Shown here: in pieces, positions 15,495-24,628 of the stretch
Position numbering within the stretch: the first letter of the stretch is position 1
Layout of the letters: every line of letters starts with the position of its first letter
Assembly (NCBI GenBank): GCA_050261675.1
Contig: JBLNDO010000043.1
Coordinates: 3,219 to 67,218 of the forward strand
Direction of reading: 5' to 3'
Length of the DNA: 64,000 nt
Origin: Bacillota bacterium
Lineage (GTDB): Bacteria; Pseudomonadota; Gammaproteobacteria; Natronospirales; REEB76
Notes under the pieces: model-generated
Told to the model about the DNA's origin: nothing
The model's database searches: none
What the model saw: only the letters and a program-made list of their open reading frames with translations
Made by a program: the position numbers and the translations under genes

Positions 15495-16360
15495 AGCTCA
15501 AGCTGAACGCCACGCGGGCCTGGGGGGTGGCCGCGCTGACCGCCGTCGCCATGACGGCCTTCGCCGCCAACTCTCTGCTCTGCCGCCTCGCGCTCCGGGG
15601 CGGGCACATCGATCCCGCGAGCGCCACCAGCGTGCGGCTGGTGGCGGGCGCCTTGGTGCTGTGGCTGCTCACCGGCTTGCGCGGCGGGGGCGCCGTACGG
15701 AGTGGTACCTGGATTTCAGCGGCGGCCTTGTTCGTGTACGCCGCCGCGTTCTCCTTCGCCTACGTGAGCCTCGGTGTCGGGGTGGGGGCGCTGCTCCTGT
15801 TCGGTGCGGTGCAGGCGACCATGCTCGCCGCCGGTTACCGTAGCGGGGAGCGTCCGGGTTTCGCCCAGGGAGCGGGTTTGGTGCTGTCCTTGGCCGGCCT
15901 CGTCTACCTGGTGCGGCCCGGGCTCGCGGCACCGCCGCTCTGGCCCGCGGCGCTCATGCTGGCGGCCGGCGTCGCCTGGGGTTTCTATTCCCTGCGCGGG
16001 CGCGCCGCGGCGGATCCGGTCCGCGCCACCGCCGGCAATTTCCTGTTGGCGGCGCCGCTCGCGCTCCTGTTCAACCTGCCGTTCCTCCCGCGCCTGCACG
16101 CGGACGCCGCCGGCGTCGGCTACGCCCTCGCCTCCGGGGTGCTCGCCTCGGGACTCGGTTACGTCATCTGGTACGCGGCCTTGAAGGGCTTGACCGCCAC
16201 CCGCGCCGCCATCGTGCAACTCTCGGTGCCGGTCATCGCCGCCTTCGGCGGCGTGCTCTTATTGGACGAGTCCGTGACTACGCGCCTGGTCATCGCTTCC
16301 TGCACGATTCTCGGTGGCGTGGCGCTCGCGGTAATTGGGAAACAAGTCCGCGCCCTTTAA
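15491..16360 (+). CDS. DMT-superfamily (EamA) transporter
   Basis: GTG start overlapping the upstream stop codon. 10 predicted TM helices in two EamA-like halves. Confidence 0.85.
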   Translation: MKLKLNATRAWGVAALTAVAMTAFAANSLLCRLALRGGHIDPASATSVRLVAGALVLWLLTGLRGGGAVRSGTWISAAALFVYAAAFSFAYVSLGVGVGALLLFGAVQATMLAAGYRSGERPGFAQGAGLVLSLAGLVYLVRPGLAAPPLWPAALMLAAGVAWGFYSLRGRAAADPVRATAGNFLLAAPLALLFNLPFLPRLHADAAGVGYALASGVLASGLGYVIWYAALKGLTATRAAIVQLSVPVIAAFGGVLLLDESVTTRLVIASCTILGGVALAVIGKQVRAL

Positions 16361-16366
16361 GCGCAG

Positions 16367-17314
16367 TCATCCATGCATATATTCAAAACATTGCTTGGTC
16401 CAATCGATCTGCTGATTTTCCCCTGACGCGGGCGTTTTCTGCAGATCCATGAGTTCCGGGTAATAGGCGCTCTTCCTGAGCCGCGCCTTGTAGTCGCCGA
16501 TATAGCCGGCTTTGTCCTTGGTACTGCCGCCCCAGGCGGCCTCCAGGAATTTCCAGGCCGCGTCCGCGTTGCCGGTGTAAATCAAATCCGTGGCGTAGTA
16601 CCAAAGCCCCAGGGGCTGGGGCTGGTCCTTGTTGCGCCAATCGCGGCTTTTCTTGAAGAGCCGTGCACACTCGGCCAAGTCTTCAGGTTTGGGCGCATTC
16701 GCCTTCATGAGCGCGGTATCGAGCTTGAAGCGGCCCCCCTGGAAGCTCAGGAACATACGGCCCGCGGGGGAGCCGGCGAAGTCGAAGGGGAAATAGGCGA
16801 AGGCGCTGTAATCGGTGCTCACCAGCACCAGGCCCTTGTGCCCCTCGCGCCGGACAAACGCGGATTCGTCCGCGTCCCTGAGCGGGATGCTCTGGACTTT
16901 CCTGAAGTCTTGTCCCAGGCGGAAGAGATGGAAGGTATAGCAGCAATGGGCGCCACCGGACCATTCCGATATCAGGAGTTCCGGCTGACCCTCTCCCGTG
17001 AAATCCATGCCCACCACGGGTTTCACGCTGTCCGGCGGCTGGTCCTGATCGAGGGGATAGCCCAGGGCGAAGCTGTAACCCGACTGGGCATAGATCTGCT
17101 TGCCGGCCTTCAGGATCTCGACGGCGCCGATGGGGCTGTCCGGCTCGTTGTCGCAGTCCTGCTGGTTGTAGAGGCGTATCTGGTAATCCCGGAACGCCGT
17201 GAGCTGCGGCTGGACCTGGGAGAAAACTGCGGCGCCTGTCGCGCACCCGGCGAAAGCCGTCGGGGAGAGGGTGCCTCCCGCCAGCAGGATCAGCAGGAGA
17301 GCGAAGCGCTTCAC
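16367..17314 (-). CDS. orphan lipoprotein/secreted protein (315 aa), translationally coupled to ybbP
   Basis: GTG start overlapping the ybbP stop codon (GTGA). Signal peptide with FAGC. GMDFTGEGQPELLISEWSGGAHCCY segment. I recognise no family. Confidence 0.7.
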   Translation of the reverse strand: MKRFALLLILLAGGTLSPTAFAGCATGAAVFSQVQPQLTAFRDYQIRLYNQQDCDNEPDSPIGAVEILKAGKQIYAQSGYSFALGYPLDQDQPPDSVKPVVGMDFTGEGQPELLISEWSGGAHCCYTFHLFRLGQDFRKVQSIPLRDADESAFVRREGHKGLVLVSTDYSAFAYFPFDFAGSPAGRMFLSFQGGRFKLDTALMKANAPKPEDLAECARLFKKSRDWRNKDQPQPLGLWYYATDLIYTGNADAAWKFLEAAWGGSTKDKAGYIGDYKARLRKSAYYPELMDLQKTPASGENQQIDWTKQCFEYMHG

Positions 17315-19803
17315 GCGGATTCCCTCAAGGTCTCCACCGGCGGGGCCTTGAGCACGCTACGCGTCGCCATAAGGCCGCTGAAGGCCACGATGGCCGTGCC
17401 TGCCACGAGGCCGATGACCCAGATCCGCCAGTCGAGTTCATACGTCAGCGAAAACACCCGCACCGCCAGCACCCAGGCTACCAGGGTCGCGGCGAGGGCC
17501 CCCAGGAGGCCGGAGGTGAAGCCCAGCGCCGCGTATTCCGCCGCCGCGGCGGAGCGCACCCGTGCCCGGGAGGCGCCCAAGGCCCGCAGCACTGCCGCTT
17601 CGAAGCGCCGTTCGTCGCGGGTCGCCTGTACTGCCGCGAGCAGCACCACCACACCTGCGCCCAGGGTGAACAGGAACACATATTCGACGGCGAGCGAGGC
17701 CTCGTCCATGAGCTGGCGCACCTGCTGCATGATGGCGTCCACGTCGAAGAGCGTGAGCGAGGGCATCTCGCGCACCAGGTCAGCCAGCATGCCGGCCTTG
17801 GCCGGCGGCAGGTAGAGGCTGGTGATCCAGGTGGAATCGAAGCCCGACAGCGCGCCCGGGGAAAGCTCGATGAAGAAGTTGGGCTTGAAGGAATCCCAGC
17901 GCACGCTGCGGATGCTCGTCACCGTCACCGTCAGGGGGATGCCGCCGACGTCGAAGCTCAGCTTGTCCCCGAGTTTGGCCCCGATGTCCCGCGCGAATCC
18001 GTCCTCCAGGGAGGCGAGCGGCTGCTTCGCCTGGTTCCCGTCCCACCATTGGCCCGAGGTGATGGTGTTGCCCTCGGGAAGCGTGGCAGACCAGCTCAGG
18101 TTCTGCTCCCGGTTCGCCATCTGCCGGGCGCGTTCGTCCTGGGGGCGCAGGTCGTGGACGGCCACGCCGTTCACGGCGGTGAGCCGCGCCCGTACCAGGG
18201 GATGGAGCACGGGCGCCGCCAGGCCGCGGTCCGTGAAGAATTTCACCAGGGGCGCGCGCTCGTCCGGCAGGATGTTCACGATGAACTGGTTGGGGGCGTC
18301 ATCCGGCAGGCTCACGCGCCAGCTGTGCAGCAGGTCGGCGCGCACCACGGCAAGCAATAGCAGCACCATCAGGCCGATGCCGAAGGCCACCATCTGGATC
18401 GCCGCGTCGCGCTTATGGCGGTTGAGGTTCGCGAGGCCGTAGCGCCAGCCTCCGCCCACGCCCCGCCTCAGGCGTTTCAGCGCGAACAGGAGGACGAGCG
18501 CCCCCGCGCCCAGGAGCAGCACCGTGGCGCCGAGGCCCGCCAGCACGTAGAGCGAGAGTTCCAGGTTCTTGACCTGCCAGAGCGTGAGCCCGAAACCCGC
18601 GGCCAAGGCGGCGCCGTAGACCACGAAGCCCCGGGCCGGCGGCGGCGCAAGATCGCGCCGCAGCACCCGCGCGGGGGGTGTATCGCCGAGCCGCATGAGC
18701 GGCGGCAGCGCGAAGCCGAGCAGCAGTACGAGCCCGATGCCGAGTGCTGAGAGCGCGGGCGTGAGGGGCGGCGCGGGCAGCGCGGAGGGCAGGAGGTCCT
18801 TCACCACCAGCACCAGCCCGAACTGGGCGAGGTAGCCCGCGATGACGCCGGCGAGGCCCGCGCTCAGCCCAAGCCAGAGGAGCTCCAGCAACAGGACCGC
18901 CTGTACGCGCCGGCGCGTCAATCCCAGGCACTTCAGCACCGCGGCGGCGTCGGTATAACGCAGCGCGTAGCGCCGCGCCGCCAGCACCACTGCCACGGCG
19001 GAGATGAGCACGCTCACGAGCGCCGCCAGCGCCAGGAAGCGTTGCGCCCGGTCGATGGCGTTCACGAGTTCCGGCCGGCCATCGCGGGCGTCTTCCAGGC
19101 GCACGCCCGCGGGCAGCGTCGCGTGCCAGCGCTGTTCCTGTTCCGTCACCGCCTCCGGGGCGCCCGCCACGAGCAGGTCGTATTCGATGCGCGAGTTGGG
19201 GATCACGAGGCCGGTGGCGGGCACGTCCTTGAGGTTCAGCACCAGCTTCGGCGCCAGGGCGGAGAAGCCGAAGCCGCCGTCCGGGAGGTACACGATGGAG
19301 GCGGCGATGCGCGCATTGAGCGCGCCCACCTTCACCGTGTCGCCCACCTTGAGGTGCAGGATGCCGAGCACCCGCGGCTCCAGCCAAAGCGTACTGGGGG
19401 CGGGGATGCCTTCGGCGTAGCGGGGTGCGCCGAAGGCCGAATCAGACAGCCGTACGCGTCCGCGGAAGGGATAACCTTCGGCCACCGCGTGCACGTCCAC
19501 GAGCTGGGTGGTGTCGCCCGCCACCAGCACGGTAATGATGTCCATCGTTTCCGTGGTATCGAGGCCCGCGGCGCGCGCCTCCGCGGCGTACTTCGGGTCC
19601 AGGGGCTCGGGGGACTGGAGCTTCAGGTCCGCCGCCAGGCTCTCGCCGGCCTGTTGCACCACCGCGGTGCGCACCCGCGCCGTGAAGAAACCCACCGCGG
19701 AGACGGCGGCCAGCGCCAGCATCAGCGCCGCGGCCATGACCGTGTATTCGCCGCTCTTCCAGCCGCGGCGGAACTGGCGCGTCGAAAGCCGGAACAGGGT
19801 CAC
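17311..19803 (-). CDS. ybbP: ABC transporter permease with two FtsX domains (YbbP type; MacB/LolCE superfamily)
   Basis: 830 aa starting at GTG 19803, which overlaps the ybbA stop codon. The upstream 159 codons of ORF 17311..20280 are antisense noise over ybbA. Two repeats of TM - large periplasmic domain - 3 TM. Confidence 0.85.
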   Translation of the reverse strand: MTLFRLSTRQFRRGWKSGEYTVMAAALMLALAAVSAVGFFTARVRTAVVQQAGESLAADLKLQSPEPLDPKYAAEARAAGLDTTETMDIITVLVAGDTTQLVDVHAVAEGYPFRGRVRLSDSAFGAPRYAEGIPAPSTLWLEPRVLGILHLKVGDTVKVGALNARIAASIVYLPDGGFGFSALAPKLVLNLKDVPATGLVIPNSRIEYDLLVAGAPEAVTEQEQRWHATLPAGVRLEDARDGRPELVNAIDRAQRFLALAALVSVLISAVAVVLAARRYALRYTDAAAVLKCLGLTRRRVQAVLLLELLWLGLSAGLAGVIAGYLAQFGLVLVVKDLLPSALPAPPLTPALSALGIGLVLLLGFALPPLMRLGDTPPARVLRRDLAPPPARGFVVYGAALAAGFGLTLWQVKNLELSLYVLAGLGATVLLLGAGALVLLFALKRLRRGVGGGWRYGLANLNRHKRDAAIQMVAFGIGLMVLLLLAVVRADLLHSWRVSLPDDAPNQFIVNILPDERAPLVKFFTDRGLAAPVLHPLVRARLTAVNGVAVHDLRPQDERARQMANREQNLSWSATLPEGNTITSGQWWDGNQAKQPLASLEDGFARDIGAKLGDKLSFDVGGIPLTVTVTSIRSVRWDSFKPNFFIELSPGALSGFDSTWITSLYLPPAKAGMLADLVREMPSLTLFDVDAIMQQVRQLMDEASLAVEYVFLFTLGAGVVVLLAAVQATRDERRFEAAVLRALGASRARVRSAAAAEYAALGFTSGLLGALAATLVAWVLAVRVFSLTYELDWRIWVIGLVAGTAIVAFSGLMATRSVLKAPPVETLRESA

Positions 19804-20492
19804 TTCGATCCCTCGAGGTGGCCGGCGTGCAGCTTCAAGACCCGGTCGCAACGCGCCGCGAGATCCGTGTCGTGGGTCACGAGCACGAGGGTGGTACGGC
19901 GCTCGGCGTTGAGCTTGAACAGCAGATCCACGATCACATGACCCGTGCCGGCATCCAGGTTGCCGGTGGGCTCGTCGGCGAACAGCAGGGGGGGGTGGGT
20001 GGCGTAGGCACGGGCGATGGCGACGCGCTGCTGCTCGCCCCCGGAGAGCTTTTGCGGGTAATAGTTGGCGCGGTTGGCGAGGCCCACCGCCGCGAGCACT
20101 TCCCGCGCCGTCTGCTCCGCGTCCCTGCCCTCGCCGAGCTCGAGGGGCAGCATGACGTTCTCGAGGGCGGTCAGGCCCGGGAGCAGGTGGAAGGACTGGA
20201 ACACGAAGCCGATCTCCCGCGCGCGGCGCTCCGCCCGCGCATCCTCGTCCAGGGCGCTGAAGGCTTCGCCGTCCAGCCACACCTGGCCCCGGGAAGGCAC
20301 GTCCAGCCCCGCCAGGAGACCCAGCAGGGTGGACTTGCCGGAGCCGGAGGGGCCGACGATGGCGGCGGATTCGCCGCGGTGGATGGAGAGCGTGACGTCG
20401 TCCAGGATGGTCAGCACGCCGTCCGGACTGTTAACCTGCTTGCTCAAGTGCTCCGCGCGGAGCAGCACGTCGCGGTCGGGTGCCTCGGACAT
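19800..20492 (-). CDS. ybbA: ABC transporter ATP-binding protein (YbbA type)
   Basis: Walker A GPSGSGKST, signature LSGGEQQRV, Walker B LLFADEPTGNLD. ATG 20492 has the better-spaced AAGGA; the alternative ATG is at 20504. Confidence 0.9.
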   Translation of the reverse strand: MSEAPDRDVLLRAEHLSKQVNSPDGVLTILDDVTLSIHRGESAAIVGPSGSGKSTLLGLLAGLDVPSRGQVWLDGEAFSALDEDARAERRAREIGFVFQSFHLLPGLTALENVMLPLELGEGRDAEQTAREVLAAVGLANRANYYPQKLSGGEQQRVAIARAYATHPPLLFADEPTGNLDAGTGHVIVDLLFKLNAERRTTLVLVTHDTDLAARCDRVLKLHAGHLEGSK

Positions 20493-21105
20493 GGTGAAGC
20501 GCATCCTTCTATTGTTGGTCTTGATCTGGGGTCAGGCCTCTGCCGCCGCGCCCTCCCAGACCATCCTCGTCATGGGCGACAGCCTGAGCGCCGCCTACGG
20601 ACTCGATGTGTCGCAGGGCTGGGTGGCCCTGCTGCAGGCGCGCCTCAAGGCGCGCGGTTATGACTATACCGTGGTCAACGGCAGCGTCAGCGGCGAGACC
20701 ACAGAGGGCGGGCTGACCCGCCTGCCGGAGGAACTCAACCATGCCAAACCCCAGATCGTCATCCTCGAGCTCGGCGCCAACGACGGTCTGCGGGGCCTGC
20801 CCCTGAAGACCATGCAGCATAACTTGGAGCGCATGATCGCGCTTTCAAGCCAGGCGGGGGCGAAGGTCCTCTTGCTCGGCATCCTCCTGCCGCCCAACTA
20901 CGGCCCGCAATACACCCAGGGTTTTGCGGATGCCTACAAGGAGCTGGCCAAGCGCCACGCACTGCCGTTCCTGCCGTTCCTGCTCGCGGGCGTGGCGGAG
21001 CACCGTGGCATGTTGCAGGCGGACGGGCTGCATCCCGTGGCCAAGGCGGAGCCCAAGGTGCTGGAAAACGTGTGGCCGAAGCTCGAGCCCCTGCTCAAGA
21101 AATGA
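20491..21105 (+). CDS. tesA: SGNH arylesterase / acyl-CoA thioesterase I
   Basis: Signal peptide, then ILVMGDSLSAAYG (block I), GANDGLRG (block III), and DGLHP (block V). Confidence 0.85.
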   Translation: MVKRILLLLVLIWGQASAAAPSQTILVMGDSLSAAYGLDVSQGWVALLQARLKARGYDYTVVNGSVSGETTEGGLTRLPEELNHAKPQIVILELGANDGLRGLPLKTMQHNLERMIALSSQAGAKVLLLGILLPPNYGPQYTQGFADAYKELAKRHALPFLPFLLAGVAEHRGMLQADGLHPVAKAEPKVLENVWPKLEPLLKK

Positions 21106-22364
21106 GCGCTGCACCCCCGAAGTCGGCGGTGCACGGCGCCATGGCCCTGGTGGGTCTCGCGGCCTTCGGCTCGGGTCTCGCGATGGTGGGGGCGTTGCGC
21201 CCATGGGCCGATACGGAAGCGGCGGCCCTTGCCCTCATGGCCTGGGTGGCGTTCTGCCTCGGCGGCACCGACCTCGTGATCAACAAGGTGTACCGGCGCC
21301 CGTCCGCCGGGCTCGATTCGCCGCGTCCCGATCCCTCTCTTGCGCGCACCGCCGTGAAGCTCCTGGGCCTCGTGGGAAGCCTCGCGTTCGTGACGCTGGG
21401 CTATTGGATGTTCCCCGCCTACAGCGGCGGCCTCTACGGCTCCTTTTTCCTGATGCTGGAATGGCTCGTGCCCGCGTGGCTGGTGGCGGCGGTGCCGTAT
21501 TTCTATCTCGTGGACCGGCGCATGCGTTCCCCGCAGGACGGTTACTGGCAGATGGGACGGGCGCTGCTGTTCCGCTGGGGCGGCGTGGACGGCGCCCTGC
21601 TCGGGCAACACCTCCTCGGCTGGATGGTGAAGGGCTTCTTTCTGCCGCTTATGTTCGTCTACCTCTGCCAGAGCCTGGACCGGGCGCTCGCTCACGGCAC
21701 GGCCGCGCCTGCGGGGCTCAAGCCCTTCGTGGACGGCGGCCTCGCCGGCATGTACTTCCTGGACGTGACGCTCTCGGCGGTGGGCTACCTCGCCACGCTG
21801 CGGCTCCTGGACAGCCACATCCGCAGCACCGAGCCCACGCTGCTCGGCTGGGCCGTGGCGCTCGCCTGCTACCAGCCGTTCTGGGGGTTCGTCTCGGAGA
21901 ACTATCTCGCCTACCGCACGAGCTACACCTGGGAGGATTGGCTCGGCGGGAGCCAAATGCTCTACGCGGCCTGGGGCGGTGCGATCCTGCTGCTTACGCT
22001 CGTCTACATCTGGGCCACGCTCGCCTTCGGCACCCGTTTCTCGAACCTCACCCACCGGGGCATCATCACCAACGGGCCCTACCGTTACAGCAAGCACCCC
22101 GCCTATCTCGCCAAGAACCTCTCCTGGTGGCTCATCGCCGTGCCGTTTCTGGCGGCGGGCGGAACGGTGGATGGCGTGCTGCGTTGTCTGATGTTGCTCG
22201 GCGTGAATGCGCTCTATTGGCTGCGGGCGCGCACCGAGGAGCGGCACCTGTCCCGCGATCCGATCTATGTGGAGTACGCCCGCTGGATGGAGGGGCACGG
22301 CCTGCTGAGAGGGGTGACACGACTGCCGGGTCTCGGTTTTTTGCGCTACCGCCCGCCGGCCTGA
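21102..22364 (+). CDS. polytopic membrane protein with C-terminal isoprenylcysteine-carboxyl/phospholipid methyltransferase (ICMT/PEMT-like) domain
   Basis: ATG overlaps the tesA stop codon (ATGA). C-terminal GPYRYSKHPAYLAKNLSWW...RARTEERHL..DP.Y..Y motif. Confidence 0.65.
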   Translation: MSAAPPKSAVHGAMALVGLAAFGSGLAMVGALRPWADTEAAALALMAWVAFCLGGTDLVINKVYRRPSAGLDSPRPDPSLARTAVKLLGLVGSLAFVTLGYWMFPAYSGGLYGSFFLMLEWLVPAWLVAAVPYFYLVDRRMRSPQDGYWQMGRALLFRWGGVDGALLGQHLLGWMVKGFFLPLMFVYLCQSLDRALAHGTAAPAGLKPFVDGGLAGMYFLDVTLSAVGYLATLRLLDSHIRSTEPTLLGWAVALACYQPFWGFVSENYLAYRTSYTWEDWLGGSQMLYAAWGGAILLLTLVYIWATLAFGTRFSNLTHRGIITNGPYRYSKHPAYLAKNLSWWLIAVPFLAAGGTVDGVLRCLMLLGVNALYWLRARTEERHLSRDPIYVEYARWMEGHGLLRGVTRLPGLGFLRYRPPA

Positions 22365-22376
22365 AGCCCTAGATAA

Positions 22377-22416
22377 AGAAAAAGCCGCCACTTCTTTCGC
22401 AGCGGCGGCTTTTTTC
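22377..22416. terminator. bidirectional rho-independent terminator
   Basis: AAAAAGCCGCC-loop-GGCGGCTTTTTT between convergent genes. Confidence 0.6.
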
Positions 22417-22424
22417 AGTTCGGC

Positions 22425-23006
22425 TTAAAACACGAAGTTGGCGAAGAAGCCCAGGCTGCTGCCGTCGAAGCTGCATCCCGAGAAGCAGATGCCGGAGACG
22501 TGGTACTTGAGGTTGGTGTAGCGCAAGCCGAACAGCCAGTACTGGTACTGGAGCACGAGACCCGTGGCATTGTTGTAGTCGGTGTCGGGGCCGAAGCCGT
22601 CCAGGTTCGTCTTCGGGCTCATCACGTAGGTCAGGCCCGCACCGAAGTGGTGGTTGCCGTAGGTATAGATCCCGAGCACGTCCAGGGGAAAGCGGATGAA
22701 CGAGATGGTGCCGTTGCTGGCGGAGATGGCGTTGTACTTGACGCCGATCGTTCCCTTCAGGCCCCAGCCGCTGGAACCGAAGTTGTGCAGCACGCCCACG
22801 TCGCCGAACACGCCGTCACCGGCATTGAGGGATTTGGTGCTGCCGTCGGTGAAGGCCACGGTGACGAGCTTGTCGCCGCCGAAGTCGAGCCCCGTGTCCA
22901 CGGTCAGCTGGGTGGCGTCGGGCACATATTCGCCGAAGGCCTGGGCCGTGGGGAGCGCGCAGAAACAGAGGGCGCCCAGAAGGGCGGCGAGGATTCCCTT
23001 GAACAT
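22425..23006 (-). CDS. small outer-membrane beta-barrel protein
   Basis: Signal peptide MFKGILAALLGALCFCALPTAQA, alternating beta-strand pattern, and C-terminal ..FFANFVF. Confidence 0.7.
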   Translation of the reverse strand: MFKGILAALLGALCFCALPTAQAFGEYVPDATQLTVDTGLDFGGDKLVTVAFTDGSTKSLNAGDGVFGDVGVLHNFGSSGWGLKGTIGVKYNAISASNGTISFIRFPLDVLGIYTYGNHHFGAGLTYVMSPKTNLDGFGPDTDYNNATGLVLQYQYWLFGLRYTNLKYHVSGICFSGCSFDGSSLGFFANFVF

Positions 23007-23153
23007 GGTGGTTATTCCCTTATATGCGGATGGATCCAAAAACCGCGGCACTATACGGAAGCAGCCGATTGATGACAAGCCGGAACCGCGTGGGAATGAA
23101 TACACAAAATTAAAACGGAGGCCAAGCGGCGACGGTGAACAGCAGACGGCGAT

Positions 23154-23579
23154 TCACGCGGGGCCGATGCAGCCCTGGGCCCAGTCCAGGATCTGCTTCA
23201 CCCGCGGGGTCACGAGCGTGAGGGCCTGTTGCAGGTCCACCCAACGGTATTCCATGTGCTCGTGGATGCCGGTCTGCGGATTGGCGGTGAGCGCCACATC
23301 CTCCTGGTCGGTGCGCGCCAGGTAATAGCGCGCCACCTTGCCGCGCGCGTAGGGCGCGGTCTCGCGGTAGACCTCGCCCCAGGCGAAGTCCAGCCGGCGT
23401 ATGCCGGTTTCCTCCGCCACTTCGCGGCGCGCGGCGTCAAACGGCGTCTCGTTCGGCTCCACCATGCCCTTGGGGAAATCCCAATGGCGGTAGGCACGCA
23501 ACAGGAGATAACGCGGTCCCTCCGCGGTATCCCGTACGACCACGACGCCCGCGGACAAACGTCTCTGCGGGGTATCCAT
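23154..23579 (-). CDS. NUDIX hydrolase
   Basis: Nudix box GMVEPNETPFDAARREVAEETG. Last 141 codons of ORF 23154..24596. Confidence 0.85.
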   Translation of the reverse strand: MDTPQRRLSAGVVVVRDTAEGPRYLLLRAYRHWDFPKGMVEPNETPFDAARREVAEETGIRRLDFAWGEVYRETAPYARGKVARYYLARTDQEDVALTANPQTGIHEHMEYRWVDLQQALTLVTPRVKQILDWAQGCIGPA

Positions 23580-23635
23580 GGTCCGAGTATACCGGGCTCC
23601 GCCGCGGGCCCGGAGACTCGTGACATAAGCCGGCG

Positions 23636-24460
23636 TCAGGTAGCGGCCAGCTGCTTGCGGTAGTGCTGCAGGTCGCGCACCGACTCGAGCTTGACCTTGA
23701 GGATCAGCGACAGGCTGTAGAGGATGCGGTCGATGACCTTTTCCTGCCAGCGGCGGTCGAAGCGGATCTGCTCGTTCAACCAGTGTTCCATCCAGCCCGG
23801 TTCCGGCAGGCGGTCCTGCACCCGGTCCTTGGGGTAGAGCTTCTTGTTCACGTGCAGGTTGGTGGGATGCAATGCGTTGCTGGTGCGGACGCTCGCCATC
23901 AGCACGCCCATCTTGGCGAAAGCCATGCGCGCCGTGTCGCCCTGCTTCTCGATAGCGCGCTCCATGAAGCGGCGGTAGCAGCCGCCGTGGCGCGCCTCGT
24001 CCTTGGAGATGAGGTCGTAAATGTATTTGATCACGGGCTCGGTGTGCCATTCCGATGCGCACTGGTACCAGTGGGTGAGGCGGATCTCGCCGCAGAAATG
24101 CATCATCAGCGTCTCGAGCGGCGGCGCCGGATCGAACTCGAAGCGCACCGCGTGGAGTTCCTCCTCGGTGGGCAGCATGTCCAGCCGGAAGCGGCGCAGG
24201 TACTCCTGCAGCACCAGCGAGTGCTTCTGTTCCTCGTAGAACCAGATGGACATGAATGCCGAGAAGTCTGAGTCCTCGCGGTTGTCCCGCAGGAACATCT
24301 CGGTGGCGGGCAGCGCCGACCACTCGGTGATAGCGTTCATCTTGATGGTCTTGGCCTGTTCGTCCGAGAGCTTGGATGCATCGAAGCGCTCCCAGGGCAC
24401 GTCCGTCTCCATGTTCCAGCGGAGCTTCTCCAGGGACTTGAAGAGTTCGGGGTAGAGCAT
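23636..24460 (-). CDS. ferritin-like di-iron protein (acyl-ACP-desaturase-like)
   Basis: Two ExxH motifs in helices (FYEEQKHS and SKDEARHGG). 274 aa from an internal ATG of ORF 23636..24745. Confidence 0.75.
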   Translation of the reverse strand: MLYPELFKSLEKLRWNMETDVPWERFDASKLSDEQAKTIKMNAITEWSALPATEMFLRDNREDSDFSAFMSIWFYEEQKHSLVLQEYLRRFRLDMLPTEEELHAVRFEFDPAPPLETLMMHFCGEIRLTHWYQCASEWHTEPVIKYIYDLISKDEARHGGCYRRFMERAIEKQGDTARMAFAKMGVLMASVRTSNALHPTNLHVNKKLYPKDRVQDRLPEPGWMEHWLNEQIRFDRRWQEKVIDRILYSLSLILKVKLESVRDLQHYRKQLAAT

Positions 24461-24553
24461 GGCGGGTCTCGTGTGGGGCGGCAGCAGGGTATACGCGGGC
24501 CGGCGCCTGTGGGATGCGCGCTGCCTCCATTTTAGGGACTCCGGCGTATCTGT

Positions 24554-24597
24554 TCTGTGACAGACGAGGGATGGCAGTAAATCCCTTGTCAGACAAG
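24554..24597. promoter_or_regulatory. pair of related short palindromes in the divergent promoter region
   Basis: TCTGT-G-ACAGA (24554-24564) and CTTGTC-A-GACAAG (24585-24597), 20 nt apart. Confidence 0.3.
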
Positions 24598-24628
24598 TAG
24601 TTACAAACAGACCCCCGAGGGAAAGCCC

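Noticed and set aside
19804-20280. N-terminal 159-codon extension of the ybbP ORF. Similar extensions occur on ORFs 29206..30828, 32582..34420, 33848..35356, 23154..24596 and 44326..44928.
   Set aside because: Each extension overlaps a neighbouring well-supported gene and is compositionally junk. Internal starts with ribosome-binding sites or 4-nt stop/start overlaps give proteins of family-typical length.
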